From Ascidiella aspersa (lineage: Eukaryota), in contig OZ004609.1 in the NCBI GenBank assembly GCA_963924565.1, forward strand, positions 18,910,001 through 18,974,000: a stretch of DNA of 64,000 nt, in the 5' to 3' direction. The notes beneath the pieces are model-generated. The model had not been told where the DNA came from, searched no databases, and was given only the letters and a program-made list of their open reading frames with translations. Shown here one piece after another: positions 51,405 through 64,000 of this stretch. Position numbers and translations under genes: made by a program. Within the stretch, counting starts at the first letter, position 1. Each line of letters begins with the position of its first letter.

Positions 51405-54400
51405 AGCTCTCAGTACGCACTGTCTTTCTCGCGTGTTCACTGGATCTGCACATTCTCTTAGTGCTCGTACACTTCAAATAATGTCGGGCAAGGCGCGCGT
51501 TTGCCTTCATCAGATTCCCTGTTATTTAAGCAGAGTGTACTAAAGCTTTGCGTGTTCTAAAGCCAACCGTGTATCTATCATCTGGGCATCCGCAGAACGG
51601 TTTTAAGATCAACCAGTTAGCCCCGTGTAATGAGAAGGTTGCGATCATCGTCGCGGTGGTAGCGTAATCCCGCGCGCGATATAAATAGACCGCAAATCAT
51701 GGATTAAGTAGTTTGCCGACCTGCTATATCAGGACGTCTTAGGCATCATTAGGCGGCGATTAAACATTTCGTTACAACATGGTCCGCCTAACAACTTTGC
51801 ATTGGGGCTGGATATGCCAGCTAATTTCGGTTAATTACCTGAAAACCCCATCACGTGCGCCGTTCGCTCGGCGACAGCAGTAAGATCACAGACGAACGTT
51901 TCCTTATCCACCGCAAATCAAGTGTGCACATAAATACAAATTCGGCACATTTTCTGTATTGCCGTCTGTGCATCTCGCCACTACAATTTCGTTTCGTCCA
52001 CTACAACTATCGGCGCCTGTTTGTCAAGTCATTCCCAGTAAATCACTGAAAAGTCGCAACACGCCGTTTACTCACGCCACCTTATAAATCCAACCTGTTT
52101 AAAACCTGTTATTTATAAGCCAATAGTGCTAACGTGGAAAAAGGCTGGAGCTCGTCAGGAGAGAAGTTGCTGACGTCATGCTTGCATCATACTCCCGCCA
52201 CGCGGTAATCCGTTCGATATCGCAGCCGAGGAAGCGCGCTTATTGGTAATTGGTTGGTTCATATGGGGTGTAAAGGGGGTGTGGGCATTCAGTACATCCA
52301 GTAATTTTTTCAAAAATCTACGGCCTTTTCGCCTTTGTTTGATTAAACGGAGTAGGGTGTGCCTTAGGGATGTTGTTATGTGCGATCGGATTTCAAACGT
52401 TTCGTGTAAATCCAAATAGGCCGAGAGAACACACACGCCAGAATCAGGTGACACTCTTGAGTAACTTGGTCAAACAAAAGAACCTTTCGATAAAGTCATG
52501 AGAGCACAAGCAAATTCCCCACGCGTAGTAACTCGCGCTGTAGTCAATGGTACTCGCAACGTTTGTTATGTACACATCGCAAGTCGCTGAAGGCATATTT
52601 TTCCGCTCACGTCATTTCACCTATACTATCGCCACCCTTTGGCACACTACTTCTATCCTATTAACTCCATTCAATCTACCGCGTCGTACTTAGTGGCGGA
52701 ACCCTTTCAGCGGTACGCGAACGGTTTTTGTTGTTGCCGCGTGGGGAGCGCTGTAGTATGGTACCGCCACGCTTGTTGTTGTTTCTGAATGGCGGAGAAA
52801 CGTTACCTGATGCCACAACTTCACGGGAGGCGGGAAATCGCTCTCTCGGAAACGAAGACTTTTGGGCGATCGATTGATAAATGAGCCTTTGTGAGTGGTT
52901 TGAACTGCGCGAACTCACCTCGTACTTGCGTGAACGAATCCAGCTAAAAAGACGCCCCCAATTTTGATGTTTCAAGTGGTTGCGGTCAAAGTTGAGAAAA
53001 TTTGCTGATAATTGGCAATCTGACTGACACTTTACGAGGTCGAATCGCTGATAGTAGATTGCGCACAATGCCTGTAGCATTTAATCCGCAATTAAGTCAT
53101 GATGGCCATTCTAGAAGTTTTGGTTTTAACACGAATTTCTGGAAGACCCGAAACGTTAGCAATATCGATTGTCGTCCATAAATTGTTGGCAAACATTCCA
53201 ACAAGAAGATAATTACCGACTGAACTCTATCTAAATGTACACAAAATAAAGCCAACAGCTTTCTGTACCAACAGACTTAAACGTCGAAATAGCTCACAGA
53301 AATTTCTTAGCAAAGGTAAATTGCTTTAGTGTACTACGCAAACTTGACCGGTTTTAGATAATAGCGTGCCACTTGTTCACAATTTAATGCGTTGTCGAAT
53401 GGAAACATTTAGGGATTTTTTAACGGTTATCGTAACGGCAGTTAATGTCTCGAGTTTCGGCCGTTTCAGCCGACGGCCAAAACGTCAGTTTAAAGAGAAA
53501 ATGTCTCGGTTTAGCGCGTCTCTGTCCTTCATTTACCAACGAGACTTTTGAAAAGAAAAAAAAAAATTCGCCAAAAATTGGAGTGAAATGTAAGCAAGCA
53601 AACGGCCACAGGCAGTCAGCGTGATGGGCTGTGTAATTAATCACACATATCGATGTATGATGGCGATAGCGAATTCAAGCGCCGTCCAGGATCGCAATTA
53701 AACAAGCGTCGAGGAATTCCCCTGGCAGCGCATTTGTGGCCGAAAAGTGCACTGTTTTTCGAGTGACTCACATTGGTCTGTGACGCAATCACTGGTGGTT
53801 GGCACCTGCAAGCATTGCGGGCAAGTCAGTCACACTGATTGAGAAGTGCTATCTCTCGGGTAATCTCGTCGCCTCGGCGACGTCGAATTTTCAGAATCCC
53901 TTTCCGTGACGCCATGGGAAACGCGCTACTATATACACTACAGTCAACCGGCTGATGCAACTCGCCAACAGAAACGCTTTCATTGAAAACTGTCCGTCGT
54001 ATTCGTCGCGTTATAATCCACTTAAAACATTTGAACTAAAGCGTTTAAAACAATTTTGCATTTATTTTCAGATGTTTAACATTGAAAGCCTTTATAATCA
54101 ATTTTGCGACACATATCCTTTCAGTTTTGTTATCAAATTCACAAAAAAATGAAATGTTTAAAAGATGTACATACTTTAAAAAACTATTCTGTCCGACGGC
54201 AAAAAACAATACCTGCAGTTGTCACAACACGGCAAAAAATTATAAAAGAATCGGAAAACCAGTAAACCACGATTATTTATTTCTTGCATAGTATGCTCAG
54301 TATAACGCCTGAAAAATGTCAACGCGCTCGGCTTGACCTTACGTGAACTAATTATATCGTCAGTGGTAAAAAGTGAGAACGGGCCTGACCTTTTTGATGG

Positions 54401-57400
54401 CTAAATTGCTTCCACTTCGTGTTCAGACAAGGCCCGGGACGCCGTCACGCCGACACACCCCCAATCCAGTCCTGGCGCTTTGACCATCCAAATAAAACAA
54501 TCGTTACATATGTTTAGGGTGCACACCGACTTTTATCAAACTTAATTAAAATAACAAAGCTTTCCTTTGATATTTCATGGCGAAAACACAGGTAAGTGGA
54601 CGCATGATGTTTTCTGGTTTTGCAGAGAGAGATTAAAAATCAGACCCATTTTCGAAAAAATCTAATGACGCCATCATGATTTATCCATGTATTTTTTTAT
54701 CTGTTTATCCGTCCTTTAAAATTGTTTAAATTGCAAAATAAGGTTATTGGAGTAGTGCGTGATTTGGAATGCAAGTGGAATTTTTTAAGGAGTGTCTTTA
54801 CTTACGAAAACGTTTTTTTAGGTTTTGCCGCAAACGAATGCACGTGATTAACTATGTCTTAGTTTTCGGAGTGAGGTATTTTATGACGTCAGTTTGGCAC
54901 GGTCGGATTCTTAAGCACTTAAAGTAATTACAAATAACAACAAATTGACTAATCAAGTATCAAGAAAAGTTACGTTGAGAAGACCACCCAAATTTATTTC
55001 GTTGTAAATCGCATACTTTACCAATTTGTGTTCTTCAAACGATACAAAGCTTTTGGGTGCAGGTAAGTGGATAACCCAAGCTTTAAAAGTTTAAGACGTT
55101 GACTGAATAACATTTCGTTTTTTACCCACTTTTCTCCCATTTAAGGTTGACTAACCATGTGGTTCATGTATTGCCAAATCAAACCAAACGACTCGGGGCA
55201 AAACGTGGCAAGCTGATAGTTATCTTGTGCACACGGAAATTGTTGCTGTTACTCTTGTGTGTTTGTTGGACAATGATTAGCATTTCATAGTTCACGAAGC
55301 AAGCAAACCAACGTGATCAGAGAGAAGCAAAGTGGGGAGAAAAATTTACTGTTGACAGAGAGATGTGAATGCTAGCACGTTGCCTTCTCAGACATTGCAG
55401 GACTGCATTTTTTTCGCGCACGTTTCGGCAGCCGCTACAAGAAGAAAACGTTTCGCTCGACACGAGTTTTAAGGAGCTGTCACGAAAATTTGCCGCAGAC
55501 TCAACAACCAATATGTAGGACCGTCGTTCCGTCGTGTGTTCATGTCAGCGCCCTGCGAGGCTATTACGACGATCTGCAGCACGTTAATCGATAAAAATCA
55601 CGCCATAAATCTGTCATGGTCAGCAACTATACTGTGGTGGCGATATTTTATGGCGTGGCGTTAATGACAAGGCTACGCGAGGTCGTTTAGCCACCGACAC
55701 TATAGTAGGGATCGAAATAGTCGACTTGCGGTTAATGGTATAAGTTCGTCCATTTATATCATACGCAGTAATTACTGAAACATAACGCCTTGTTTTATAT
55801 ACGCTGTATTTCAATCAAGTTCGCTGCTAGCGCCCAAGAAAATGCGGATTATATAGGGCTTAGAGTTAGGTACAAAGGCACAAAAGAATTGATATTGCCG
55901 AATTTCTTACAAACAACAAGAAAAATGTTTTATGTTGTTAGGTAACAGCACAAGGTTTTCGGTATGAACTGCGACTATGGTGCAAAATATATTATAACCT
56001 AAAAAGAATTAAAATATTTTTAGTTTTGCATAAAAAATAAACTTCAGAAAACTACTTACGCTTTCACATTAGGAAACGAACGCACAAAAGGCTGCAAGGT
56101 AGCGTTTTTTTTAACATAAACTCCTTATAATTTTGGAATCCAAAGGGTTTATATAAATAACCTGTTTTACATCATCTTAGCTGTATAAACACGGTGAAGA
56201 TCAACGTTAAGCCTAATATTTTTGTTTTTGGTGTCCTTTACTATTGGTTAATCTCAAGAAATTACGTCATAATAACAAATCAGTCACGCCTTTGGTAAAC
56301 TAGTTTCTATTGGCTGGCGAGATACAACACGGGGTTAAGCCTTATGGCATCAGCCGACCGACATGTGGGCTGGTCACCATAGTAGTATGTGGCGTTGTAG
56401 TGACTAAACGAAATCGCCTGAAACTGATTTTTTTTTACAAAATAACGCTTGTATTGTCTTACAAACCCTGTTTCATGTGTTCTGTAAAATTACTTAAATC
56501 TGAATTTGTGATTAATGGCATTCATTCGCCATACGCTATCCCACTAAGATAGCCTATACAACTGTCAGATATAAAAAAGTATTCAACCTTTGAACAGAAA
56601 AATGTCGGTCTTATTAAGAGACCTGTCTTATTGTTTAATTGGTTGGCAACAAAATTTCCTTTGAGTATCAGTGATATTATGTTAATCAATATTTAGGTAA
56701 TGCAATGAATCGCCCGTAGGGAATCAATTAGGCCACAGTCCTTCCCCGTATGACGCCACAAAAGCCAGTCGCGAGTCACTGTTTGCGTCACATAAAATCC
56801 TTTTGATGGAACGAGTTGTTGCATCAGCTGTTTGCATGGCGGATTTAGTCACAAAAAACAATTGGTCGCACTGCATTGGCGAACCTACGCAAATCCGCAC
56901 CTGTCTTTGCTCTGTTGACGAATTTTAATTTCATGTACCGTGCTGATTTAGCGGTGATTTGTCGCTTGCCGCGCAACGATTGCTGTCAGTCAAAACAAAT
57001 AAATATAAGCAACGACGCACAAAACAACGAAAACGGCCTAATCCTTATTTGCCAAAATTTCCTGTGTGCCGGAACCCAATTTCCGCGAACCTTGGAAAGG
57101 CTTTCTGGATTACATGTACCCACGCCAATACTCATTTGCATCGCGTTTAAGAATTACATCGGTCAACAGCGACCGAAAACGTTTTCTCAGAAAATAGTTT
57201 TCAAGGAAGGTGAAAGATAACGCATTCGCTGCCGGAGGTGCGCCGTTTCGGCGAAGGACTTTTAATAATCGTCGCGCAACAAAGGTTTTGGCCGCCGACA
57301 AATGGCCATACGTGCGCGCCACCAAGGTGTGTTTGTATACCCAAATGTACGTGCCTTATCGGTAAGTGGACATAACTTCAGTGGCCGTTTGTTGTTGTCG

Positions 57401-57450
57401 AATAATTGAGAACGACCTTGTAATTAACGACAACAACTATTAGGCCCACG
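51405..57450. promoter_or_regulatory. CpG-rich, repeat-poor non-coding block (putative enhancers of the insulin-like gene)
   Basis: No convincing ORF or TE. CRE TGACGTCA at 52171 and 54884, AP-1 TGACTCA at 53764, TGACGCAA at 53781, TTACGTCA at 56262, TGCGTCA at 56784. Confidence 0.4.
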
Positions 57451-58712
57451 ATTGATGCTTTTGCAGAGTAATTGGCAAACGACAATAGATAGTTTACATC
57501 ACCACTTTCTATACTTACATCTATATTATTTTGTATTTTTTCTCATCGACCGTTTTTGAGATAGGCTTGCCTCAATTCAACACCAGTTTGTTTCGTCTTA
57601 CCTAAACTATAATGTAAACACAGTTGAAACATAAAGGGTGATTTTGGAGTGTAATGGCTGGAAGTTGTCGTTAGATGTAGAACGAATATCAAATCCCATA
57701 CAGAATTAAGTATAAATTTAGTATATTTTGAACGTTGCGAATAATTCTTGAATAGTTTTTAACATGAACTGGCATATTTTTAGGTGAAAAGGTCAACTTT
57801 CTGTAAAACTCAGGCGTCGTATGATGTCCTTGACTAGTGTGATGCGGCCGCAGCCTCCTCGAATCACTGTTCCACTTAGTCAGCTATAATATATGCCCGT
57901 TGTTGGACGCACCCGCATAAAGTTACTCTGTTCGCCACCTTACAGTTTGGCAACGATGAAAACAATAGTGTACAAGGACACATCACTTACAGCTGATGGA
58001 CAACTTTTGACCATGACCTAATTTCTATAACTTCTTTAAACGCTGAATGCCAATTTTAACATTTTTATCGCGATGACCACCAAAATAAGAAATAATTCCA
58101 TTATATTTTCATTACATGCGATTTTACAGCTGTAACGGCAATGATGTTATTATTACACCACGCGTTTTTTTAAATACAAATTCAAAATACGTGTGAGTTT
58201 TAGCTCTGCCTATAAGCGAAGAAGTGAATAATTCAAATTATTTAAACTGTTGACATGGACCAGGAGCCAACAAACTTTGTACAAAGGGTCGGATAACTGT
58301 AAGAATTGATTATCGCTGGCTAGAATTTTTGTGTCCAAAATTATTTTTTTTTGTGTCCAAATTATTTACATGTTTCTTTGACCAGATGAAGAACGGTTGT
58401 GTGAAACGTTGTCAACAATGCAACACATTTTGTTGTTGCATTTTTTTGTTGAACAGAGCCACCTATTTTCCCATTTTTGTTGACATGATTATCGTTAAAC
58501 AAAAAAAAATCATTATATTCAACAAAAAATAGAGATGCCCGCTTGCCAGAAGAATTAATCCTGTGGGCAACATCTGGTCTTGGGGCCTCTTTTATTAAAC
58601 GCTAAAATTGGCGAATAGATTTGGCACTTCACTTTTTTTATTAAAAACGCTCTTTAGTGCTACCTAGCGACTGAGCGGAAAATCGATATTATTGAAATTG
58701 TTTGTATGGACG

Positions 58713-59060
58713 CAGGGCTGGATTAACCATTAAGCAAAATAAGCTTGTGCTTACTAAGGTAAGGGGGCACCACAGAAATTTTCATAGCCGAATTTTCAGT
58801 GGTGCATCAGTGTTTAATAAAATAATTCGAGTTGGTCGAACGACTCAGAACACAATAGTGGCCCGTTGATATAATTTTTTACTAGTATTTCTTTCTCAAG
58901 TATCATCCTACAACCACTCCATAAATGTTTGTAAGTATGAGAATTATCACTAAAACAAAAATTATGTAAATTAAGAATAACTTGACCCTCAATTATATTT
59001 TTGATATCGGACACAAAGTCTGAAGTGCTTAGCGCATCTAAAAGTCATAATTCGGCCCTG
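58713..59060. mobile_element. hAT MITE
   Basis: TIRs CAGGGCTGGATTA / TAATTCGGCCCTG, related to the 26439 element; degenerate TSD TATGGACG / TTTTGACG. Confidence 0.65.
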
Positions 59061-60049
59061 TTTTGACGATAGATATACGGTGTTAACCGTTAACATATAT
59101 TTCCGGCGAGGGTAACATACATGATAATTGATCAGCTATAATTATTTATTTTTGGTTTATTTTGTGTTTAAGCAGCAAATCAGGAACTTTGGGTGTGACA
59201 CTCAATTTTTTTTAAAGTTTAGACGTTTATTGTTACCCTTTTGTTGATAACTATTTTGAATTTTTTTTGTTTTTTTAGCTATTTACGGATACTTTTGAAC
59301 TAATGTCATTTTTAGAACAAAGAAGAAATGACTAAAAGTTAACCGGTATTCAGATATTTATTCCAATATTATAGTTTATAAGGACATGGCCAACTTAGTT
59401 GCTCGAAAAAGTCTGCCAAAATAATATGCCAAAATAATAAGTAGCCTACTCTAGACGAATTACCCGGAGTTGGTCAGGTTAAAAGGGGGATTTACCAGTC
59501 AAACACTATGTCGCTTAGCTTGATAAAAAAATGCTTGTACTACTGACGTTGTTCCGGCCATGTAAATCATTACCGTTGTAATAAGGGCTATAATTTGCAA
59601 AAACCACAAATTTTGCAAGTAACTTAAGAATCAATCATGATGTGGGATTAACTTAGTTACGTATTATGTCCTACCATGTCCGTGTACAGTACACCAATGG
59701 TTCTCAACCTTTGCTAGCATCCCATCTCAATTTGAACAGTCGATTGTAAAGGAGCCGGAAAAGATCATGCCGTTGAACAAAAGTAAATTTAACACATATA
59801 AGGCAATGTGCTATTTTGTCCATTTAATTTGAAAATGTTTATCTTTCTATTAATTCTCAAACGTCCATTTTCTTGTTGAAGAAGGCGAGCTTTCGTCGAA
59901 AGTTGTTTTGACGTCGCTGTTTGGTATGTGCAAGGGTGGATCCAGGATTTTCGGATGAAGAGGGCCAATACAAATTGTCAGGGTACACGTCAGGTATACG
60001 TAATATGTTACGTCACAAAACCAATTATTTAAAATAAACACCTACTGTT

Positions 60050-62750
60050 CTCGAACGACCTCATGCACAAATGCAGCTGAAATCCAGTCAAATCAAGCAA
60101 AGCGCCAAAAAATGTGTTCAATTGGTTATATTGGCAAAACCGTTAACTAAGCGTAAAGCGAGGTTAGTTCCCCCTCCAGCCAACCTCAAACTCGGAGCAC
60201 AGGTTCAATGAGAATTGGGTTCAGTTTGAACATGTGACGCTTTACAACGGTTTCTTGCTCTGACCCCTTTTCCAATGTAGCAAGCTCGGGACGTAAATGC
60301 TTTCGCTGTACGTATTTGACCACTTTGGGGTAACGGGGGACTAAAACATTAAATCCAAATGTGTTAAATGCACTTGATCGCTCACATCGGTAAAGCTTCG
60401 GTTTCGTACGACCCTTGACTTCTCTTCGGATAGAATCTCTTGGCTGTTACGTAACCTTTTCAAGTGGAATCCTCAACAGTATAGCAACTCTGATAGCTGC
60501 TTCGACTCCACAGTATAGCAACTCTGATAGCTGCTTCCTCTACGCCCTACGGACGTTAAGCAGTCGTCAACGTAACAATTTCTCTTTACCACGACAGACG
60601 TTTGAGAATCAAAATTGTCGCCGAAATATTTAGCTGTCTGTTTTAAGCAAAAGCTCGCACAGCGGGATGTTTATAGTTCCGAACAAGTCAACAGTCATCT
60701 GTTGCGTGGTGGGTCCATCGTCAAATCTCCGCCAGGCCACCACACAAATTGTATAGTATCCATTTTCTTTGATGGTGCGACACGAATCTGATAAAACATA
60801 GATTCTATACCGGCCGGAGGCAAATCGTTCTACACGAAACCGAGTAAGGACGCCGGTTAAGCTGTTTACAAGATCCCTGCATTGATTCGTCAGGAAAGTC
60901 CCCTTATGCTTAGGAGCGCAATAAAAAACAACTCGAATGTAACAAATGATGAAGCGGCAAAATCACTGCACACCATCACAATAATTCCTCTCTTTTTGGG
61001 GTATTTTTTAGCATATCCTTTATCGATATATATGACTGCACCGTACTCACGTAACTTTCCTTGAGTCTAATATCTCGTTTAAGGCGTCGATTGAGGTGTG
61101 CCAAGCGCCTTACAGCCATCGACTGATTCTACGGGAATTAACTTTCCCTCCAGAGTAGAGAGAGCTCGTAGTGGCCATCTACTAATTTTACTTGGCTTTG
61201 CATTATGCCAAAAGACTTTCTGTCTTCCCGCAAAGTGGAAATATCGAGCACAGCCGTTACGTTCCGAAATTAGTCTCCCATTGGCAGGCAATTTGCTCCT
61301 ATACAAACATCCTTTTTGGTGTTGATGAAATTCACGCGGTGCGTCGACGTGGCAACCGGAAGCAAGGAGGGCCCGAACAAGTCCATTTAAAGGGTGTCTT
61401 CACAGCATCGGTTTCCACTTTGGGGCCACGACGCATCTCCATAAAGAACAGTAAATCGGGATAGCCCAGGTCAACTATAAAAGTGACAGTTCTGTCCTCG
61501 ATATGCGAAAACTCTGAGGGTTTTCATTTAGAACCTTAATTTGACAGTAGGGCCTATACAGGATTAGGACGAACTGGGATTTCCTCCACAGACATCACCT
61601 TCGGGAAAATTATTACTAAGGAGACCGAAAAACTCGAAACGCCGACGTGCTCCTTTGCCTCATCAGTGAGGGTTTGCAGAACGATTTCTTTGGTTTCGGC
61701 TTTTACATTCAAAGCGTCTATAAGCCTTTTGGTTGCAAAATGTTCCAGTAGATATCCAAGCCTTTTGGTAATCGACGTTTTTTGTTTAAACGCGAAGCAC
61801 CTTGACAAATCTTACGGTTTGTCACAAAACAAGCACAAAAAAGACGTACTTGCTCGCTGTTGGGCCCACCATAGAGGGAATTTTCCACCTCAGTACGCTC
61901 CAATACGAAGTGAACGAAGTTGGCAAATCCAGCCTCGCGATTTGTTTTATTTAACACTTCCACTGACTTTCACTCCAACGTTCCTGCAGTCAGTAAGGCA
62001 ACTTTTCAATGAGCTGCATCATTGAATCCACGGAGTTCAGACCGGCATATTCCCCGATTTCCTGCAACGTAGTAGGGCACTTTTCCATCAGGTCTGCGAT
62101 CAGTGCATCAACCTCTCAGAATGATCTGCTAGCCGGGGAAAAGTCTTTAGATGCTTTTTGCATGCGTTGGCGAGGTTGTCCGTATCCTGAAGTAGCTCTT
62201 GGCGTGCCTGGCGGTAGCCCACGCCAGATCTCTCGGTCAAGTGATCGATCTTAAATCGTTTGTCATCACAATGCTATAGGGGGTAAACAGGACGCAAATC
62301 CTCACAATTAACCTTGTTTGCCACATGGGCTTCGAAGTTGCGAATGAACGTCCAGTACTCCACTCCAGTGGATCACCATTGGTGGCAGAAAATGCTAATC
62401 ATTACAGAACATTTCAGTTATTACATGGCGGAGAAGCAATGCTGACATCCTACTGTCCATGCGTAGAAGTGTGTCCATTTGAGCCTTTGCTTCCACTCGG
62501 CAACTCTTATGAAGAACTCTTGCTTTTCGCTAGCGTACCGCTCCAGAATTATCGTAGCCGAATCCTCGAACATAAATTCGTCTGCAATTATGTCCTTCCA
62601 AAAATTCGCACTGTTGCTTGTACAACGTTTAATCTGGTCGAGCGAACCAGCAAAGGAGAAGCGGACAGAGCTTTACCTTTTCGTAAGTTAGCATTTTCTT
62701 TAGATCAACTCCTTATATTGATACTAAGCATAAAAAGTCCTACATGAGAA
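60050..62750 (-). mobile_element. Decayed BEL/Pao LTR retrotransposon internal region (gag-protease-RT)
   Basis: Across frameshifts: gag NGDPLE.YWTFIRNFEAHV..LNSVDSMMQLIEKLPY.LQERW..FANFVHFV (~62400-61880); protease-adjacent RLIDALNVKAETKEIVLQTL (~61670-61730); VKLVDGHYELSLLW..SMAVRRLAHL (~61090-61190); LVNSLTGVLTRFR; QMTVDLFG; catalytic NCYVDDCLTS (~60551-60580). Confidence 0.85.
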
Positions 62751-63090
62751 AATATTTAAAACTTTTGCAATTTGAACTTTTAGAAGCATTACATAAAAGT
62801 GTTAAATGGTTCCCGTTGGTAAACTACTACGTCATCCACTGTGCGTATGGAGGGGGGACGAGGTAAACGCCATATTTTTTTCCAACTTAAAAAAATATAC
62901 CATTGTGGCGTACATGGTTTCGCGTCGGCGCGCGCTTAGCGAAGCGTGCAATTTGCCTTTTTTGAGTTGTGCTTTATAATCGAGTGTTGTGTTGCACTGA
63001 CCCCCTTATTCGATCTACGCATCTCGCAATAAAGCATCAACCGCTTCACTGGTGACCCCGCAACTTTAAAACGTTCTTTTGAAGTCGAAG

Positions 63091-63747
63091 ATGGAAGCTG
63101 AACACGCCGTTTCGACCAAGCTTCGTACGTTCTGGCCAACACAGCCACGTGTTTGGCTGCAGCAGGTAGAGGCGCAGTTTGCTATTAAGAAAATTGTTGA
63201 AGATAAAACTAAGTTCTATTACGTAGTTTCTGCGCTCGACCAAGGAACTGCAGCACGTTTAATTGACCTGCTGGAGCGCCCGCCGGCCGAAGGCAAGTAC
63301 GACGCAATTAAGCAACGCTTGCTGCAGTCATTTACGCTTTCAAAGCAAGAACGAGCAGCGCAGCTTTTAAACAAGCCTCCTTTGGGCGACAAGAAACCCT
63401 CTGTTTTAATGGACGAGATGCTTGCCCTACTCGGAGACCACCGTTCTTGTTTTCTTTTTGAACATTTGTTTTTGCAGCACATGCCTGAGGATATCCGGTT
63501 AATATTGGCTCACGAGGATACCACAGATCTTCGTCGATTGGCTCTGAAGGCAGACATTTTATAGCTTTCTCGCAGTAGCAACAACGAGTTTGCTGTAAGC
63601 AAGGTGCAACGCGGTAAGCAATTTCGAAATAACAGCGATAAAACTACTGGTATATTATGTTTCTACCATAGACGCTTTGGAGCAGACGCACGTCAATGCA
63701 GCCCACCGTGTTCTTTTCAGGGAAACGACAAGGCCGGCTGCCTGTGA
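63091..63747 (+). pseudogene. Gypsy gag with premature TAG at 63562-63564
   Basis: FWPTQPRVWLQQVEAQF..TKFYYVVSALD..LGDKKPSVLMDEM..LALKADIL*. The same frame resumes to CFYHRRFGADARQCSPPCSFQGN and TGA 63745-63747. Confidence 0.85.
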
Positions 63748-64000
63748 TAGCGAAGAAAGCCGGCAATACTTTTAGTCTATTTTTTCTTTGGGACCGGGTT
63801 TCTGGTCGTAACTTTTTAGTGGACACTGGAGCTCAAGTAAGTGCCCTTCCACCTACCGGTCTCGAACGACGCACAAACCCGAAGGGTTCCGTTCTTAAGG
63901 CTGCAAATGGTAGTTTAATCGCCACTTACGGTTACAAAATGGTTACACTCCACATCCCGGCTGGAGTTTTTAAATGGAGGTTTGTGTTGGCAGACGTTTC
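63720..64000 (+). CDS. Gypsy pol start (aspartic protease), -1 frame relative to gag, partial
   Basis: Slippery GGGAAAC 63720-63726; open frame ..DRVSGRNFLVDTGAQVSALP..LKAANGSLIATYG..FKWRFVLADV. Confidence 0.88.

Larger units (their letters stand above)
62904..64000 (+). mobile_element. Ty3/Gypsy LTR retrotransposon, 5' part (runs off window)
   Basis: LTR TG..CA 62904-63048 with AATAAA; PBS TGGTGACCCCG 63050-63060 (complement of tRNA-Trp 3' end); gag and protease follow. Confidence 0.9.

Noticed and set aside
59931-62841. One large hAT element enclosing the BEL/Pao region
   Set aside because: The end similarity is weak and the flanks give no matching TSD.

Overview
Eukaryotic, AT-rich, compact-intron invertebrate DNA. 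An ascidian tunicate is my best guess (inference from small introns, hAT-MITE families, CpG mosaic and operon-like spacing). Genes in order: ANKLE2 (+); a ~25-exon EF-hand/WD40 gene of the WDR49 (CFAP337)/WDY family (+); a 78-aa two-exon secreted orphan with a CxxxC motif (-); intronless MPI (+); an intronless GPx4-type selenoprotein with in-frame UGA and a clear SECIS (+); a CRAL-TRIO-only MOSPD2-like gene directly downstream (+); and a very divergent two-exon insulin/IGF/relaxin-family peptide with an extra Cys pair (-), whose upstream side is a ~6 kb CpG-rich non-coding block. Mobile DNA: many hAT-type MITEs with TSDs (one four-element nest), a Neptune-type Penelope RT/GIY-YIG fragment, an intronic inverted pair of Penelope termini carrying a hammerhead ribozyme, a decayed BEL/Pao element, and the 5' part of a Gypsy element (LTR, tRNA-Trp PBS, gag, -1 frameshift, protease). 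Best leads: the insulin-like peptide, the ribozyme with its own antisense arm, the secreted orphan, and the GPx4 + CRAL-TRIO pair. All calls were made by eye without database searches.
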